DNA of 64,000 nucleotides from Chiloscyllium plagiosum (lineage: Eukaryota): positions 5,087,643 to 5,151,642 of the forward strand of contig NC_057755.1 of the NCBI RefSeq assembly GCF_004010195.1. The letters run 5' to 3'. Within the stretch, counting starts at the first letter, position 1. Each line of letters begins with the position of its first letter. Shown piece by piece: positions 1 through 13,245 of this stretch. The notes below the pieces were generated by a model. The model did not search any database. It saw only the letters and a program-made list of their open reading frames with translations, and was not told the DNA's origin. Position numbers and translations under genes: made by a program.

Positions 1-199
1 TCCTGTACTGGAAATCAAGATCTGTTATCCTTGCAGTTGTAACAGAGGTTAATGATTGAAAATCCACACAGAATTGGTCATTCACCGTCCTCTTAATCTG
101 AGGTGAACAGAAAGCATTCATTCCTCCAATTCAGCCACGGGAGTTGAGAGAGCGCAACCCAGGGAGCAGATAGGAAGTTAACTTTGAATATTAAATGTT

Positions 200-3100
200 T
201 ACCTTGTAAATCAACCGAGCAAAGGCTGAACAGTAGTGACAGCGTATATGGTGACTGCTGGGTACATGATCTAATACATCCGGGAGTGGCTAAACCTGAA
301 ACACTACACGTGTAATGTCTCCCATCCGTCCTCCTTTTCTAATCACGCCAAAAGACTCAATATGGAACGTTGGTCAGCAATTCAGAGGGGGTGGAAGCTA
401 GACCTTTTCCATGCTGCCTTTGCAGGATGTTCAAGGTAAGGCCACCACTAGTGTCCCTGCTGACTTCACCTGCGAGAAGTGCCACAAACCCAGCTCCTCA
501 CAGACAGCGTTAGGGAAATGGAAATAGAGCTGGATGAATTTCGGATTATTCAGGAGGCTGAGGGGGTGATATAGAGGAGTTATAGGGAGATAGTCAACCT
601 ATGTCACGGTATAAAGGTAGCTGTATGACCATCAGCAGAGAAAAAGGAAAGTGCAGGGAGCCCCTGTGGCCGTTGCCTCAAAATTAGGTATAACACTTTG
701 TATACCTATAGGGGGAGTGAACTACTGGGAAAGCCACAGTGGCTCAGAACGGAAGGAGGGGAGAATAGGAGGGCAATAGTGATAGTAAATTCAATTGTTC
801 GAGGAACAGATGGGAGATTGGTCGTGAACCAGGGTCCTGGATGGTGTGATGCTTCTTGAGTACCAGGGTCAGGGATGTCTCGCATCAAGTCGGCAGGATT
901 CTCAAAGTGGAGGGTGAGTAGCCAGAAGCCGTGATACGCATCGGTACCAGTGATATAGCTAGGAAAAAGGATGAGGGCCTGAAAGGAGAATCTAGATAAT
1001 TAGATTGGAAGCAAAAAATGTCAGGACAAGTAGTGTAGTAATCTCAGGATTGCTACCGGGGCCATGAGCTAGTGAACGTAGGAATAGAGAGTGACTGCAG
1101 CTGAACACGTGGCTTTAGAGCTGGCGTAAGAGGCCGGGCTTCACATATGTAAATCATTGGGATACATTCTGGGGGAGGATAGGACATATGCAAGGAGGAT
1201 GGGTTGCAACTGAACTGGAGAGGCACCGATATCCTGACCAGAAGGTTTATGAAATCGCTTCACGAAGGTTGAAATTAGTTTGGCAGGGATTTGGGAACCG
1301 GAACGATAGATCAGAAGATGGGGTAGCTGGCGAACAGGCAGCGATTCTGTGAGGAAGTATCGAGAGTTGATAGGCAAATTTGCAGTTAGTGTGATGGGTT
1401 GAGGTGTGTCTGTTTTAACCAAAAATGTCTCAGGAATAAGGGTGATGAACATACAGCATGCATCAGTACTTGGAGCTAGGATGTTGTGACCATTATGGAG
1501 ACTTGAATATCACAGGTACAGAAATCGTTGTTGGATGTTCCGCGGTTCAGATGTTTCAAAAAGAATAAGGAGGGAGTTAAAAGAGGTGGGGAGTAGCATT
1601 GCTAATCAAGGAAAGTACTGTCACAAAGCTAGTCCCTTTTTTGCTAAAAGCTGTTCTTCGGTTAAAGGAGTCTCTGACCTTGACATTGGCCATGTTTTAG
1701 AAGTGACCTGAAAAAGAAATGGAGTAGTCAGCTCTCTAGTTAGCTGAGTTGAGCAGTTTTATTTAAGGCTTGAACTGCAAAGTTCAACAGGGAGCTGTGT
1801 GAAAACTCTTTCTCTTTTCTGCCTTTCAAATTCAACCTATAAGCATGTGTTCCATTTATACTGGTTTTTGAAGAGAGTTTGCTTACTGGGACTGGTGCGT
1901 TTATTCGGCATAGCATAATTAACTCTTATTGGATGGGTTGAGTTTGTAGGCGTTCTTTATTCTGTTCTTTGTGTTTCATTGTGTAATTTTGTGAATAAAC
2001 TTTTGTCTGTTTTATAATCTCGAAGTCAATCTAGCTGTCTTACTCTGGGTAAGTTTCAATGTACACTTACTGAAACAAATTGCAATGTTATAGTCTGCCT
2101 GCCTATGGGGCTGCCTGTTTTGAGTGGTCTGCTCGAGTCGACAACAGCATCAAACAGCAGACACTGAGGTCGTCGATGAGGGATTGACTACTGTGTCATT
2201 ATTCGCGGACGTGAGAACCAGGAAAGGAGCAGTTACTTTACTGGGGGTTTTCTATAGACCCCCTCCCACTCTAAAAGCAACAGAGCTACGGAGGAGCAGA
2301 TAAGGAGGCAGAGTTTGGAACGGTGCGGAAATAATAGGGTTGTCATCATGAGTGACTTCAACTTCGCTAATATTGCTTGGAAACTCTTTTTTGTGTGAGT
2401 AGTTTGGATTGAGCAGATTTGTTTGGATCTCCAGGAAGGATTCCTGATTCAATATGTAGACAGGCTAACGAGAGTGGAGGCCATATTGGATTTGGTGCTT
2501 GGCAACAAACCAGATCAGGTGTCAGATCTCTCTGTGGGAGAGCATTTCGGTGGCAGTGATCACAACTCCCTGACCTTTACTTTATTCGCAAAGAGGGTTG
2601 GAAGAGACGTTATGGGAAAGCATTTAATTGTGTAATGGGCAATTGCAGTGCTCTGAGGCAGGAACTGTGCAGCATAAATTGGGAGCAGATGTTCTCAGGG
2701 AAATAGGGAACAGAACTGTGGAGGTTGTTCAGGAAGCACTTGCTGTGATTGCTGGATAGGTTTGCTACACAGAGGCAAGGAACGGATGGTAGGGTGAAGG
2801 AAGCTTGGATGACGAGACATATGGAACATTCAATCAAGAGGAAGAAGGAGGCTGACTTAAGGTTGTGAAGGCAAGGATCAGAAAGTGCTCTTTGGGCTTA
2901 GAATGTAAGCAGGGAGAATGGATTTCTGAGAGCTATAAATGGTCGCGAAGAAACCATGGCGGTTAGAAATAAGGGGAAAAAAAGATGCGTTCTCCACCCA
3001 TATGAGGAAAAAGAAGGACGACCAGAGTGAGGGTAGGGCTTATTAAGGATCGTGAAGGGAACTTCAGACGAGAGTCGTGGGTCATAGGGGATGTCACTAC

Positions 3101-4120
3101 TGGGAGGGACTGTGAGGACAGCATGAAACAGACTGATATGCTCGAACAAGTTGATGTTAAGCAGGAGGATGTGCCGGAAATATTGAAAAACCTGGGGATA
3201 AATAAGTCTCCTGGTCAGATGGGATATATCCAAGATTCCTGCAGGATGTGAGGGAACAGATTACTGCGCCTTTGGCAATGATCTTTATGTCCTCACTTTC
3301 CACTTGCGTAGTACCAGATGATTGGAGGGTGGCGAATGTTATTCCCTTGTTCAAAAAAGGGAATAGGGATGACCCTGGAAGTTGCAGGCCAATCAGTCTT
3401 ACGTCGATGGTGGGCAAATCATTGAAGAGGATTCTGAGAGACAGGATTCATAATTATTTCAGAAAGCATTGGAGTTCGTCAGCATGGATAAGTGAGGGGC
3501 AGGTCATGCCTCATAAACTTCACTGAATTCTTTGAAGCTGTGGCAACATACCTTGATTGTAGAGCAGTGGATGTGGTGTATATGGATTTTAGCAAGGCGT
3601 CTGATAAGGTTGTCATTATAGGCTCTTTCAGAAATTTTGCTGTCTGGATATTGAATTGGCTGACTCATAAACGCCAGTGCATGATAATAGAGGGAAAGCA
3701 TTTGGCCTGGAGCTCAGTGACCTGTGGTGTTCCACAGGGATAGGTTCAGGGACTCTTCTCTATGTGATTTTTATAAATGACTTGGATGAGGAAGTAGAAG
3801 GGTGGGTTCATAGGTTTGCACATGGCATGTAGGTTGGTGGAGTTGTGGATTCTGTGAAGGGTTGTTGTAGGTAACAAGACATTGACAGGATGCAGAACTG
3901 GGTTGAAAAGTGACAGAGGGCGTTCAGCATAGAAAAGTGTGGTGTGATGCATTTTGGAAGGTCGAATTTGGATGCAGAATTCAGATAAAAGGTAGCATTC
4001 TTAGCAGTGTGAAGGAATAGAGGGATCTTGGTGTCCCATGTCCACAGACGACTCAATTTGTGCCACAGAAGCTGATAACGTTCTTCAGAATGCGAAAAGG
4101 CATATTGGCTTTCATCAGCA
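200..4120 (+). mobile_element. Degenerate CR1-clade LINE (ORF1 zinc finger plus SGNH esterase; ORF2 endonuclease/RT), interrupted by a solo LTR and 3'-truncated
   Basis: ORF2 fragments AILDLVLGN, SDHNSL, VPDDWRVANVIPLFKKG, RSCLINF, VDVVYMDFSKA, GVPQG. ORF1 CEKC and HIGTSDI-like motifs. Many stops and frameshifts. Confidence 0.88.
1619..2146 (+). mobile_element. Solo LTR (Gypsy/Gmr1-like family) inserted in CR1 ORF2
   Basis: TGT...ACA termini, internal AATAAA near 1994, degenerate 4-bp flanks GTAC/GCAT, and CR1 endonuclease sequence resumes after it. Reverse-complement homolog of the LTR at 36600-41076. Confidence 0.78.
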
Positions 4121-4121
4121 A

Positions 4122-4860
4122 GGTCGAGAAATGTGGTGCTGGAAAATCACATCCAGTCAGACAGCATCCCAAGAACAGCAGAGTCGATGTTTTGTGCATA
4201 AGCTGTTCATTAGGGAAGATGGGTGGCTCAAGTGGGCCGAGATGTAAATACGAGGGGATGGGGCTGGGGAAAAGCGAGCTGGGAATGTAATAGATAGATG
4301 AAGATGGGGGGTGAAGGTGATTAGCCAGAGAGGAGAATGGAGCAGATAGGTGGGCAGAAAGATGGATAGGTAGGATAATTCAAGTGGGTGGTGCCGATTT
4401 GGAAGGTTGGATCTGGAATAAAGAACATAGAGGTTAATGAGGAAACTTGTGAGATCTGCATTGATGCCGTGTGGTTGCAAAGTTCCAAGGTGGAGGATGA
4501 CATGTTTTTCCTCCAGGCACTGAGTGGCTAATGTTTGGTGGTGGAGGACGCCCAGGAATTGCATGCCCCTGGCAGAATTAAAGTTTTCAGGCACAGGGCG
4601 GTATGGTTGTTTCGTGTGTGTGAGATATGCCCCAAACATTCCACAAGGTTGGATCCTATCTCCACAATGTAGAGGAGGCCACATCAAATACAACGGACGC
4701 AGTAGCTGACGTGTGAAGTATTGCAGGTAAATCTCAATTGGATGTGAAATGCTCCTTTGGGGCATTGGACAGAGCTGAGTTTGAGGGGAGGTATGGCGCA
4801 GGTTTTGCCCTTCCTGCATTGGCAGGGGAAAAACGCCAGGAGTGGACATCTCTCTGAATT
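4122..4860 (-). mobile_element. Penelope-like element 3' fragment (GIY-YIG C-terminus plus terminal repeat with degenerate hammerhead motif)
   Basis: EEKHVILHLGTLQPHGINADLTSF in ORF 4157-4981. Terminal sequence shared with many short copies in the window. Confidence 0.7.
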
Positions 4861-6059
4861 TTAGACTGGGAGAAATTGTAATCGCCCCACCTTTCCATTC
4901 AAAGCTGGATTTGAAACCACATTCCTGCATCTGGCGAGCAAACAGTGCTTGATGCTGTTGTGATCCTGACCACTGCGCCACTATTTCACTCTGTCCCTGA
5001 AATGTGTGCTATCGACCATGTTTTTTGAACGAATTAAGACAGTTAATTCAACTCCCAGTTCAACTTAACTGCTTTCCTGTTTCTTTTTATATATAATTTA
5101 ATCACTGACAAAGTGGAAGATGTCATGCATTTTCTTTTTCATTTTTGGTGACATTTGATAATTAACCAGACCTGGAAAGTATTTCTGTGATTTTGTCTAA
5201 TCTGTACCAAAATGAACAGATATATTGAACTATTAAATGGCATGTAAAATGTATTGTTACTGTCTTCAGACCTTCAGTTTCTTGCCGTGTTCTTGCTCTC
5301 AGTATAGCTAGTGTGAACATATTGTGATGCAACTTGAATCACCTGCTCCCTGAACAAATGCCTCTTTGGCTTGTGACACCATGGTAACGTGCATACATCT
5401 GACCCAGGAGACGCCGGCTCAGGTCCCACCTGCTCTAGAGATAGATTGGAACGTATTTGCATGAGATGCATTTGGGAAAAAGAAATGAGGGGAGGTAATG
5501 GCCTGATGGATAGAGCATTAATGGAAACAACCATTTAATATTCTTAAAATGGCTGATTCAGATCCCAACCTAACAGATGATGGAATCTGAATCAGCCATT
5601 TGAGCCTAAATAAGGAGATATAAATCCAATAATCCCCATTGTTCAGAGAAGTCCATCTGATTCACGAACATTCTTCAATAAAGAAGCTGTGATCTTTACC
5701 TTGTTTGTTTCACATGGGACTCACCACCACAGCAATTTGGTTGGTTTTAAACTTTCCCGTTATGAATTGGTAATAAATGTTTTCTGACTCATTGACAATC
5801 AAAACCCACCAGTGAATAAAACATAATCTGCAATGTATGCGACAGACTTTTATTGTCTTACTTTTGAGTTTGATTATTTAACTTATAACAACTAAATATA
5901 GTTTTGATGAGACGTTTTAGCTTTCTATCACGAATTTCTGCCCATGTATTCCTCTATGTCTACCCTGACGTCAGTGAAGTGTACCTCTGAGGAAAAGCAA
6001 ACATAACTGCTTACCGTTTTCTGGTTTTAATAATGCAGTGTCCAGTATGCGAGTTGTAA

Positions 6060-6369
6060 TTTAGATTACAGTGTGGAAACAGGCCCTTCGGCCCAACAAA
6101 TCCACACCGACCCGCCGAAGCGTAACCCACCCATACCCCTACATTTACCCCTTACCTAACACTACGGGCAATTTAGCATGGCCAATTCACCTGGCCAGTC
6201 ATCTTTGGACTGTGGGAGGAAACCGGAGCACCCGGAGGAAACCCACGAAGGCATGGGGAGAACGTGCAAACTCCACACAGTCAGTCGCCTGAGGCGGGAA
6301 TTGAACACGGGTCTCTGGCAATGTGAGGCAACAGTGCTAACCACTGTGCCACCGTGCCACCGTGCCGCC
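6060..6369 (-). mobile_element. tRNA-derived SINE (HE1/V-SINE type)
   Basis: Minus strand: A box TGGCACAGTGG, B-box-like GTGTTCAATTCC, V-domain CTGTGTGGAGTTTGCACGTTCTCCCC, CR1-like 3' tail ending in (TAATC)-type repeats. Confidence 0.88.
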
Positions 6370-7004
6370 CATGTTACCAATCAAATGAACAGTGCACTGC
6401 TATAATCAAAGTAATATTTCAACATGAGTAGCAGGATAATACATTCTCAACCGTGATTACTGATCAGATTGCAGAGAATTGCACAGAATTGACTACAGGA
6501 AAGCTTGCATTCAGTTCAAATGGGATATTGCTGTATTTATACTGCCTATGGGTCTGCAACCATACCTGCACATCTCAGTACCTCAGAACATCCATGAGTG
6601 ATTATTGAGAGTAGGCTGACGCGACGCTAAATGGACAGGGAAAATGTGTCCTGATTTTCATGTACAGGACATACTTGGGCAATTTTGCACATTGTTTGGA
6701 GATGCCAGTATTATAACTATACTGGACCAGTATGGCGAGGGGAGCAGCACGTTTTGAGCCTATGTCTTCAGTACTAGCGTCTGTATATTGTCAAGTCCCA
6801 TAGCCATTGCGGTATACATTGGCTGCAACCGTATTCTAATGCCACTTGGTTTTGATTCGAATTGACTGAAGAGTCGTATTTGTAATGTTGAAGACATTGG
6901 AGGGGGCCAAGATGGACTTTCATTTTTCATCTCCATCTATCTAGTTGTTCAGTGACAGTAGAAAAGAAATCAAGGACCTATATGGATGGAAATTGATAAT
7001 CAAA

Positions 7005-8235
7005 ACGAGTTCAGTGATGTATCTGATGGGGAGTGACAGTACGAGGCAGGTCAGCTATGCTGGTGGATGTGCAATGACAGTCAGAGTGAGATCAGTGATG
7101 TATCTGGACGGGGATTGAACACAAGAATTATGTCAGTGCAATATCTGCATGGTGAGTGAAAATAAGTGTGAGGTTAATTATGTATCTGGATGAACAGTGA
7201 CAGTTGCAGTGAGGTCAATGCTGTATCTGGGCGAGGATTGAACAAAAAGAGAGAGATTAGTGAAATATCTGGCTGGTGATTGACAATAGAGGTGAGCTTT
7301 ATGATGTATCTGGATGGATAGTAACAATATAAGTGCGGTCAGTGATGTGACTGGACAGTGAATGATCCTATGAGGTAGGTCAGTGATGCATCAGGATGGG
7401 CGGTGTCAATAGGAGTGTGGTCAATGCCATATGGACTGTGACATTAATGAGTAAGGTTTGCATTGTCCCTGATTGAACAGAAATAATATGATTGAGGTCG
7501 GAAATGCAACTAACTACAAAGTGACGGTAAGATTATGTTCAGTGAAATATATCGATGGAGATTGCCAATAAAAGTGACGTTGGAACTGTATCTGGCTAAA
7601 GAGTGGCAATAAGTGTGAGGTCAGTGATGCAACTGAATGGTGAGTAACAACAGGTGTGAGATAGTGATGCTTCCATGTGAACAGTGGCAATATAAGTGAG
7701 ATCAGTGACGCATCTGAATGGACAATGACAATATAAGGGGTGGGGGTCGTAAGAGGTGTGTCTGGATGTTGCATGACCATAAGATTGATATCAGTGATGC
7801 ATTTAATAGACAGGGACAATATGACTCATTTAAGTGATGTATCCGTACGGAAGTCACATGAATGGTGAAGTCAGCAATGTATTCGGACCGACTGTGATAA
7901 TAAGTATGAGGTCACTGATGTATTGGGGTGGAGATTGAGAGTAAGGGTAGGTCAGTCATATATCGGGGTGGAGACTGACTATGGGGTGATGTCAGTGCTG
8001 TATCTAGACGGGGCGTGGCAATACTTGTCACGTCAGTAATTCATTTGCATGGCCAGTTGCAATCATAGTAAGTTTAGTGATGTAGCAGGATGGATAGTAA
8101 AACAAAATGTGGGCGTGGAATATCTGATTAGACAGTTACATGAAGAGTGCAAACAATGAGATTTGTCGAGATGAACGAGGTATTACAAATCGAATGGAGA
8201 GTTACAATAAAAGTGAGGCCACTAAGGTATCCATT
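7005..8235. repeat. Degenerate 41-bp minisatellite, about 30 units, consensus approx. GTGAGGTCAGTGATGTATCTGGATGGACAGTGACAATAAGT
   Basis: TATCTG recurs at 7101, 7142, 7183, 7224, 7266 and 7307 (period 41-42). Confidence 0.85.
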
Positions 8236-8294
8236 GTTGGAAACTCATTTACTGAGTCCACTTTGCTCAGGAAAGACGGAATGTTAGAGAGTAA

Positions 8295-8672
8295 TATCCC
8301 TACAGCATGGAAATAGCCCTATCGAGCCAAAAAGTCCACATCAACTTTTCGAAGAGCATCCAACCCAAAGTCATTCCCCCCCCCCCCACCCCCATCCTTA
8401 TAACCCTTCATTTTCCATGAATAGACCACCTAACCTACACATCCCTGGGTACTCTGGGCAATACAGCATGGACAGTTCACCTTATCATGTACATCCTTGA
8501 GCCGTGGGAGGAAACTGGAGAACCCATGGAAACACACACAGGTACGCGGAGAATGTGCAAACTCCACACAGACAGTTTGCAGACAGTCACTCGACAGTGC
8601 CTCTTGGTTGAATTGAGACCAAGTCCCTGGTGCTATGAGGCAGCAGTGCTAACCACTGAGCCATCGTGGCAC
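8295..8672 (-). mobile_element. Diverged HE1/V-SINE-type SINE
   Basis: gtgcaaactccacacagac and gcagcagtgctaaccactg motifs shared with 6060-6369. Confidence 0.78.
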
Positions 8673-9239
8673 CACTATATTTATTCTCACTTAGTCCTTC
8701 ATGTAACTCCAGATCCTTGGCAACTGTAGATGAGAAATAAATGCTGACCTCGGCAGCAATGCACTCATTCAGCTGTGAGAAGATTCATATTTCAATCAGT
8801 GAGTGAAATCTGTTCGTTTAAAGAAGCAAGATCCTGCCCTCGAGTAGAGAGGGACAGCTCTGAGACATATTTTCACACTTGGAATAAACTGACCCGATGC
8901 AGCGTCGGTTGAAATATTTTTTGATATCGGAATGGGACTCATGGTGTTTAATTGCACAGCGTTATTGCTGGAAAATTCCGAATTCTGCTTTTGTTATTTT
9001 ATTATCATGTACTGAAGAGCGACTCTCCTTCATAATTGGGAATCAACTTGTTATTTAATTCATATATTCATTTGCAGAAGTTTGAAAAACAGCAATAAAC
9101 CTGAGCAATGCTGTATCCTCAATCTCCGCAAGCAGCTTCCACACAGTATGAGGCAGCGTCTCTGGGACTGCATTAAATCAGGGTTTCAAACAAGGAAATT
9201 ATCAGCTGCCTGAAGGGACAGATCACCTCGCACGGAGAA

Positions 9240-11600
9240 ATGAACCTAACAATTCGTCAAGTGGAGAAAGTGTTCGACACCATCCTTGTTTTCACTGACA
9301 TCTCTAGTATTGCATTGTGCTATTTGGACTTGTTTCAAATATGTAGATCCGCTCTCTGTTTTTATCTTTTAAAGAATACCATTTCCAGCTCACTTACTCC
9401 TTAGCCTTCTCCAAACACCGGAGCAGTGACGGAAATTCACTGAGCAGCATTCTCAGTACAATTCTCCTCTGACAGAGACTCCTGACTTCTCTGCTGCTGC
9501 AGCATTTTCTGATCTCCGTGTTCTGTCATCTGTTTCAGTTTTAAACGCGTCGAAGGTGTGAGTAGAGATCAGGCCAGTTACTTGTGAATAAGGGTCACTG
9601 GTACCGAAATATAAACTCTGTGTTATCTTCCGCAAATGCTGCTAATCCTGCTGAGGAATTTCTGCTTTTGTTTTACAGATAAGGCCTTTTTTGCCCTCAT
9701 TCTGAAGATTACGGGGTGATCTGAGTGATAACCTACAAGATATCAACAGGAAAAGACAGGAAAAGGTGAACTGTTCCAATTGGCTGGTGTTTCCAAAATG
9801 TGGGACCACAGTCTGAGAATCAGCGCCAAAGATTTCAGGAGAGATTTTAGGAATTCGATGGGTGGGAGAGATTTGGCACACTCTTCCACAAACGGCGATG
9901 GATAATGAATCTGTTTTTCAGTTTTAATCTGAGATTGATTTTCTTTTTGATAGAATGAAATGGATGTGCGCCCTGTTTTGATTTGTAAAGTTTCATCTAA
10001 CTACGTTGCCTTCTGGAAATTCTCGCCTCTCTGGTCAGGGAATTCAAATCTGGAGAGGTTACCCTCCTGATTCCTGCACGTTGAGAACTTTATCATGTAG
10101 ATTTACAATGTAAATATCACAGCTGTCCTTACACGTCGTCATTTAGGGCGCCCTGCATGTTCTGGTATGCCACAACTATCTTACATAGGTTCTGATGCCT
10201 TCATTCATCAGAGCTCAGGTTTGGCTCTGATCAAGTTTTTGTCCAATGCTAAGAACACGCGATGACGTGATGCAAGGAGAAAGTGAGAGTTTGGCTTATG
10301 GACGTTGCACTCGCCAGTCCAGTGACTGAGTTTGGAGCGAAGTTTCTAATAGGGTTTTGTGCCTGCCAGAATGGGAACTTGAAAACTGAAAAAAAATGTT
10401 CACCATCATTCAAATAGTTCCCTTGCTGCCAAATAAAATCACAGGCTAACTTCTGCTTTCTTATCCTGGGGAATGAGCTCAGTTCCTGCCCATACTCCAT
10501 GATCTCTGGAATGACTGGGCTGGAGGAAAATCTGATGTGGTTTTGAAAGTCTTGAAATTCAAACTCACTGAACTGCAACCACTTCCAGGTACACAGTTGG
10601 CCGGTGTTTGTTGATAAAATCTTATTTTTAATTTCTGAAAAAGAAGGGAGTAATTTCTGATCAGTAATTCACTGCATCTTTTCTCACTTGTCTTCAACGG
10701 TTAATTTGCTGGCGATTGTTATCCTTTCCCACGGAAAGTGGTGTGTTACCCCTTGCACGACACACTACCTGGTAGTTATGGTAGCTGCCGATTTGATGGT
10801 CATTATGACTGATATTATACTGATGAATGTTTGATTTTATTATTATCCACGATGTTTCTCAGACATCACTCCTGCGTTTAGTGTCAACATGGTTCTGTTA
10901 TATGCAGCCACTGACTGCTCTGTCTGGTTCACCATCAGTTTCTCCGTTTACCAATTTGGGACCGTTTGTTGTGAGAAGGTGAGAACAAAATATTGCATTG
11001 AGCAAACTGCGAATGTGATTCTCGCAAAAACCTGCATCCTGTTCTGTGTGAAATAAATCCCCTTCTATTTTCAATATGAGCCTATGTGGATAATAAATAA
11101 CGTGCCATTTTACTGTGAACCAAAGGCAAGTTACTTCAGTGAGACTGAGTATGGAGTATTAGATGAGCATTATAAGGTTTTAATCCATTTACTGCTATTC
11201 TCTTTATTCTGTTGGTCAATGCTCTGACAGTCAGACACATTTTAATAACCAGGCGAATCCAGAAGACACTGAAGAGTGAGAGTAAAGCAGAGAATCGCAT
11301 AGACCCAGAGATGGAGAGCAGAAGGAAGTCTGTGATTTTGCTTGCCACCATATCTGGGAGCTTCATCCTCCTGTGGTTAATCTATGATTTAGATTTCTTA
11401 TATTACATCATTCGAAAAAAATCCATCTTGCCGATTTCCCGCATTTTATGAATCACTTCAGCAGTTTTTGTTTCTTGCTGCAAAGCTTAAGTTGTTACAA
11501 AAACACATTTATTTCTGCTTCAACATTGTATTGGTATAGAAAGTAGATCAGTAACGTAGTAAAATACCTGTTTACACAAATTCCGTGTGTTATGAATAAA
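9240..11600 (+). pseudogene. GPR139-like GPCR pseudogene, copy A (exon 1 9240-9306, exon 2 from 10701)
   Basis: Exon 1 MNLTIRQVEKVFDTILVFTDIS. Acceptor AG is mutated to GG (tcttcaacGG|ttaatttg). In-frame TGA at 10832-10834, another stop near 11054, DRF replaced by YQF, and indels. Colinear with copy B through upstream region, intron and exon 2. Confidence 0.88.
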
Positions 11601-11604
11601 AAAA

Positions 11605-12045
11605 CTACTCACATCCACATGTGCGTGGTCACTCTCTCACACACAGATACGTTCACACACACATGCACATGATCAAACAGTCTCACACGTGCATGCAATC
11701 ACACATACCGGCACGTCATCACACACACGGTCACTCACACGCACACGGTAACACAGTCATACACATGGCCATTCATGCACAGTCACACATGTATGTCACA
11801 CACACACGTGCGGTCACTTACGCACAGCCATTCTCACAGACTTACACGAGCATTCAAATATAGTCACACACAGTTGAGGTCACACAGTCACATACATGGT
11901 CACTCACACGTGCGTTCTCTCCCACACACATTCTCTCGCTGTCACACACACTCACACATGCGTTCATTCATACATGCGGTCACTCACACGCATATGGTTA
12001 CTCACACATGTGCATTCTCACATCAACACACTGTCGCAGTCACAC
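11605..12045. repeat. CA-rich degenerate microsatellite between GPCR copies A and B
   Basis: Imperfect (CA)n with recurrent GGTCACTCACAC units. Confidence 0.85.
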
Positions 12046-12447
12046 TCCAGAGTAACAGAAGGACAGCTCTGAGACATATTTTGACGTTTGGAATATAATT
12101 TGTCGTTGCAACATTGATTGAAATAATTCATAATCTCGAGATGGAACTCATAATATCTGAGTGGACAGCGTTATTGCTGGCAGATTCCAGATTCTGCTTT
12201 AGTTATTTCGTGACGATGTTCTAGCCAGCATCACGTGTTCATAATTGGGATTAAACTCATTATTGTAATTAGTTTGTTGATTAACTGATGTGTGAAAAAC
12301 AGCAACAAAGCTGAGCAATGCAGTCACCTCGATCTCCCCAACGTGCTTCCACCCAATATAAGGCAATGTCTCTTGGACTGCATCAGCTCAGGATTTCAAA
12401 CAATGAGCTTGTCAGCTGCCTGAAGGGACAAATCACCTCGCAGAGAA

Positions 12448-12514
12448 ATGAATCTAACGATTGAACTTTTGGAAATAGTGTTTTACACCACCCTTGCTTT
12501 TATCGGGATCCCAG
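12448..12514 (+). CDS. GPR139/GPR142-like class A GPCR, copy B, coding exon 1 (MNLTIELLEIVFYTTLAFIGIP, phase-1 intron follows)
   Basis: ATG at 12448, 67-nt exon ending CCAG|GTATGG donor. Encodes an N-glycosylation sequon (NLT) and the first half of TM1, and joins in frame to the acceptor at 14057/14058. A homologous exon precedes copy A. Confidence 0.85.
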
Positions 12515-13070
12515 GTATGGCGTTATGATAACTGAACTTATCTTAATCTGCTGCTGTCATGTCACAAGCTCACTGGCTGGTCACCATTATTCAGACACTG
12601 GATAATTCACCAGCAATTCACTGAGCAGCATTTTCGGTAAAATTCTCCACTGATAGAGACTCCCAAATTCATTTCCGCTGCAGCATCTTCTGATTTCAGT
12701 GTTTTGTAATCTGTTCTGGTTTCATGCGGTTTGAAGGTATGAGGAGAGATCATGCAAATTACTTCTGTAAAAGGGTTTCTGGAAATGTTACAATAAACTC
12801 TACTTTCTCTCCACTGATGTTCCTGACATGCTGAGTAATTTCTGTTTATGTTATTCAGATGAGGACTGTTTATACTTGGTTAGGAATTCTAGAATGAGGA
12901 AGCATTAGTCTGATAATTAGGGCCAGAGTGTTCAGGAGGGATGTTCGTCAGCACTTTGACACACAACGTTCAGGAAATGTTTGGAAATCTCTTCCAGAAA
13001 CCGCAATGGGATTTTTAATCAAAGACAGATTGTTTTTGTTATGCAAAGGAGTTGAAGAATATGCCACATG

Positions 13071-13245
13071 AAAAACGGAGGTTGCTGGAAAAGCTCAGCA
13101 AGTCTGGTAACATCTGAGAAGAGAAATCAAAGTTAACGTTTTTGGTCTGGGGATTCTTCCTCAGAATGAAACTGAAACGTTAATTTTGATTACTCTTCAA
13201 AGATTCTGGAGACCTGCTGAGCTTTTCGAGCAACTTCTGTTTTTT
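13071..13245. mobile_element. Short palindromic (inverted-arm) interspersed repeat in the intron of copy B
   Basis: Left arm aaaaacggaggttgctggaaaagctcagcaagtct...aaagttaacgttt is the reverse complement of right arm aaacgttaatttt...agacctgctgagcttttcgagcaacttctgttttt. Absent from the homologous intron of copy A. Confidence 0.7.

Noticed and set aside
6290..6369. tRNA gene (also 60405-60481)
   Set aside because: The A/B boxes belong to SINE heads continuous with the V-domain and LINE-derived tail.
7005..8235. CRISPR-like repeat/spacer appearance
   Set aside because: The variable parts are homologous to each other (tandem units, not unique spacers), the context is vertebrate, and there are no cas genes.
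11621..12098. His/Thr-rich or Cys/Val-rich ORFs (also 16110-16482, 47631-48092)
   Set aside because: Translations of CA/TG microsatellites.
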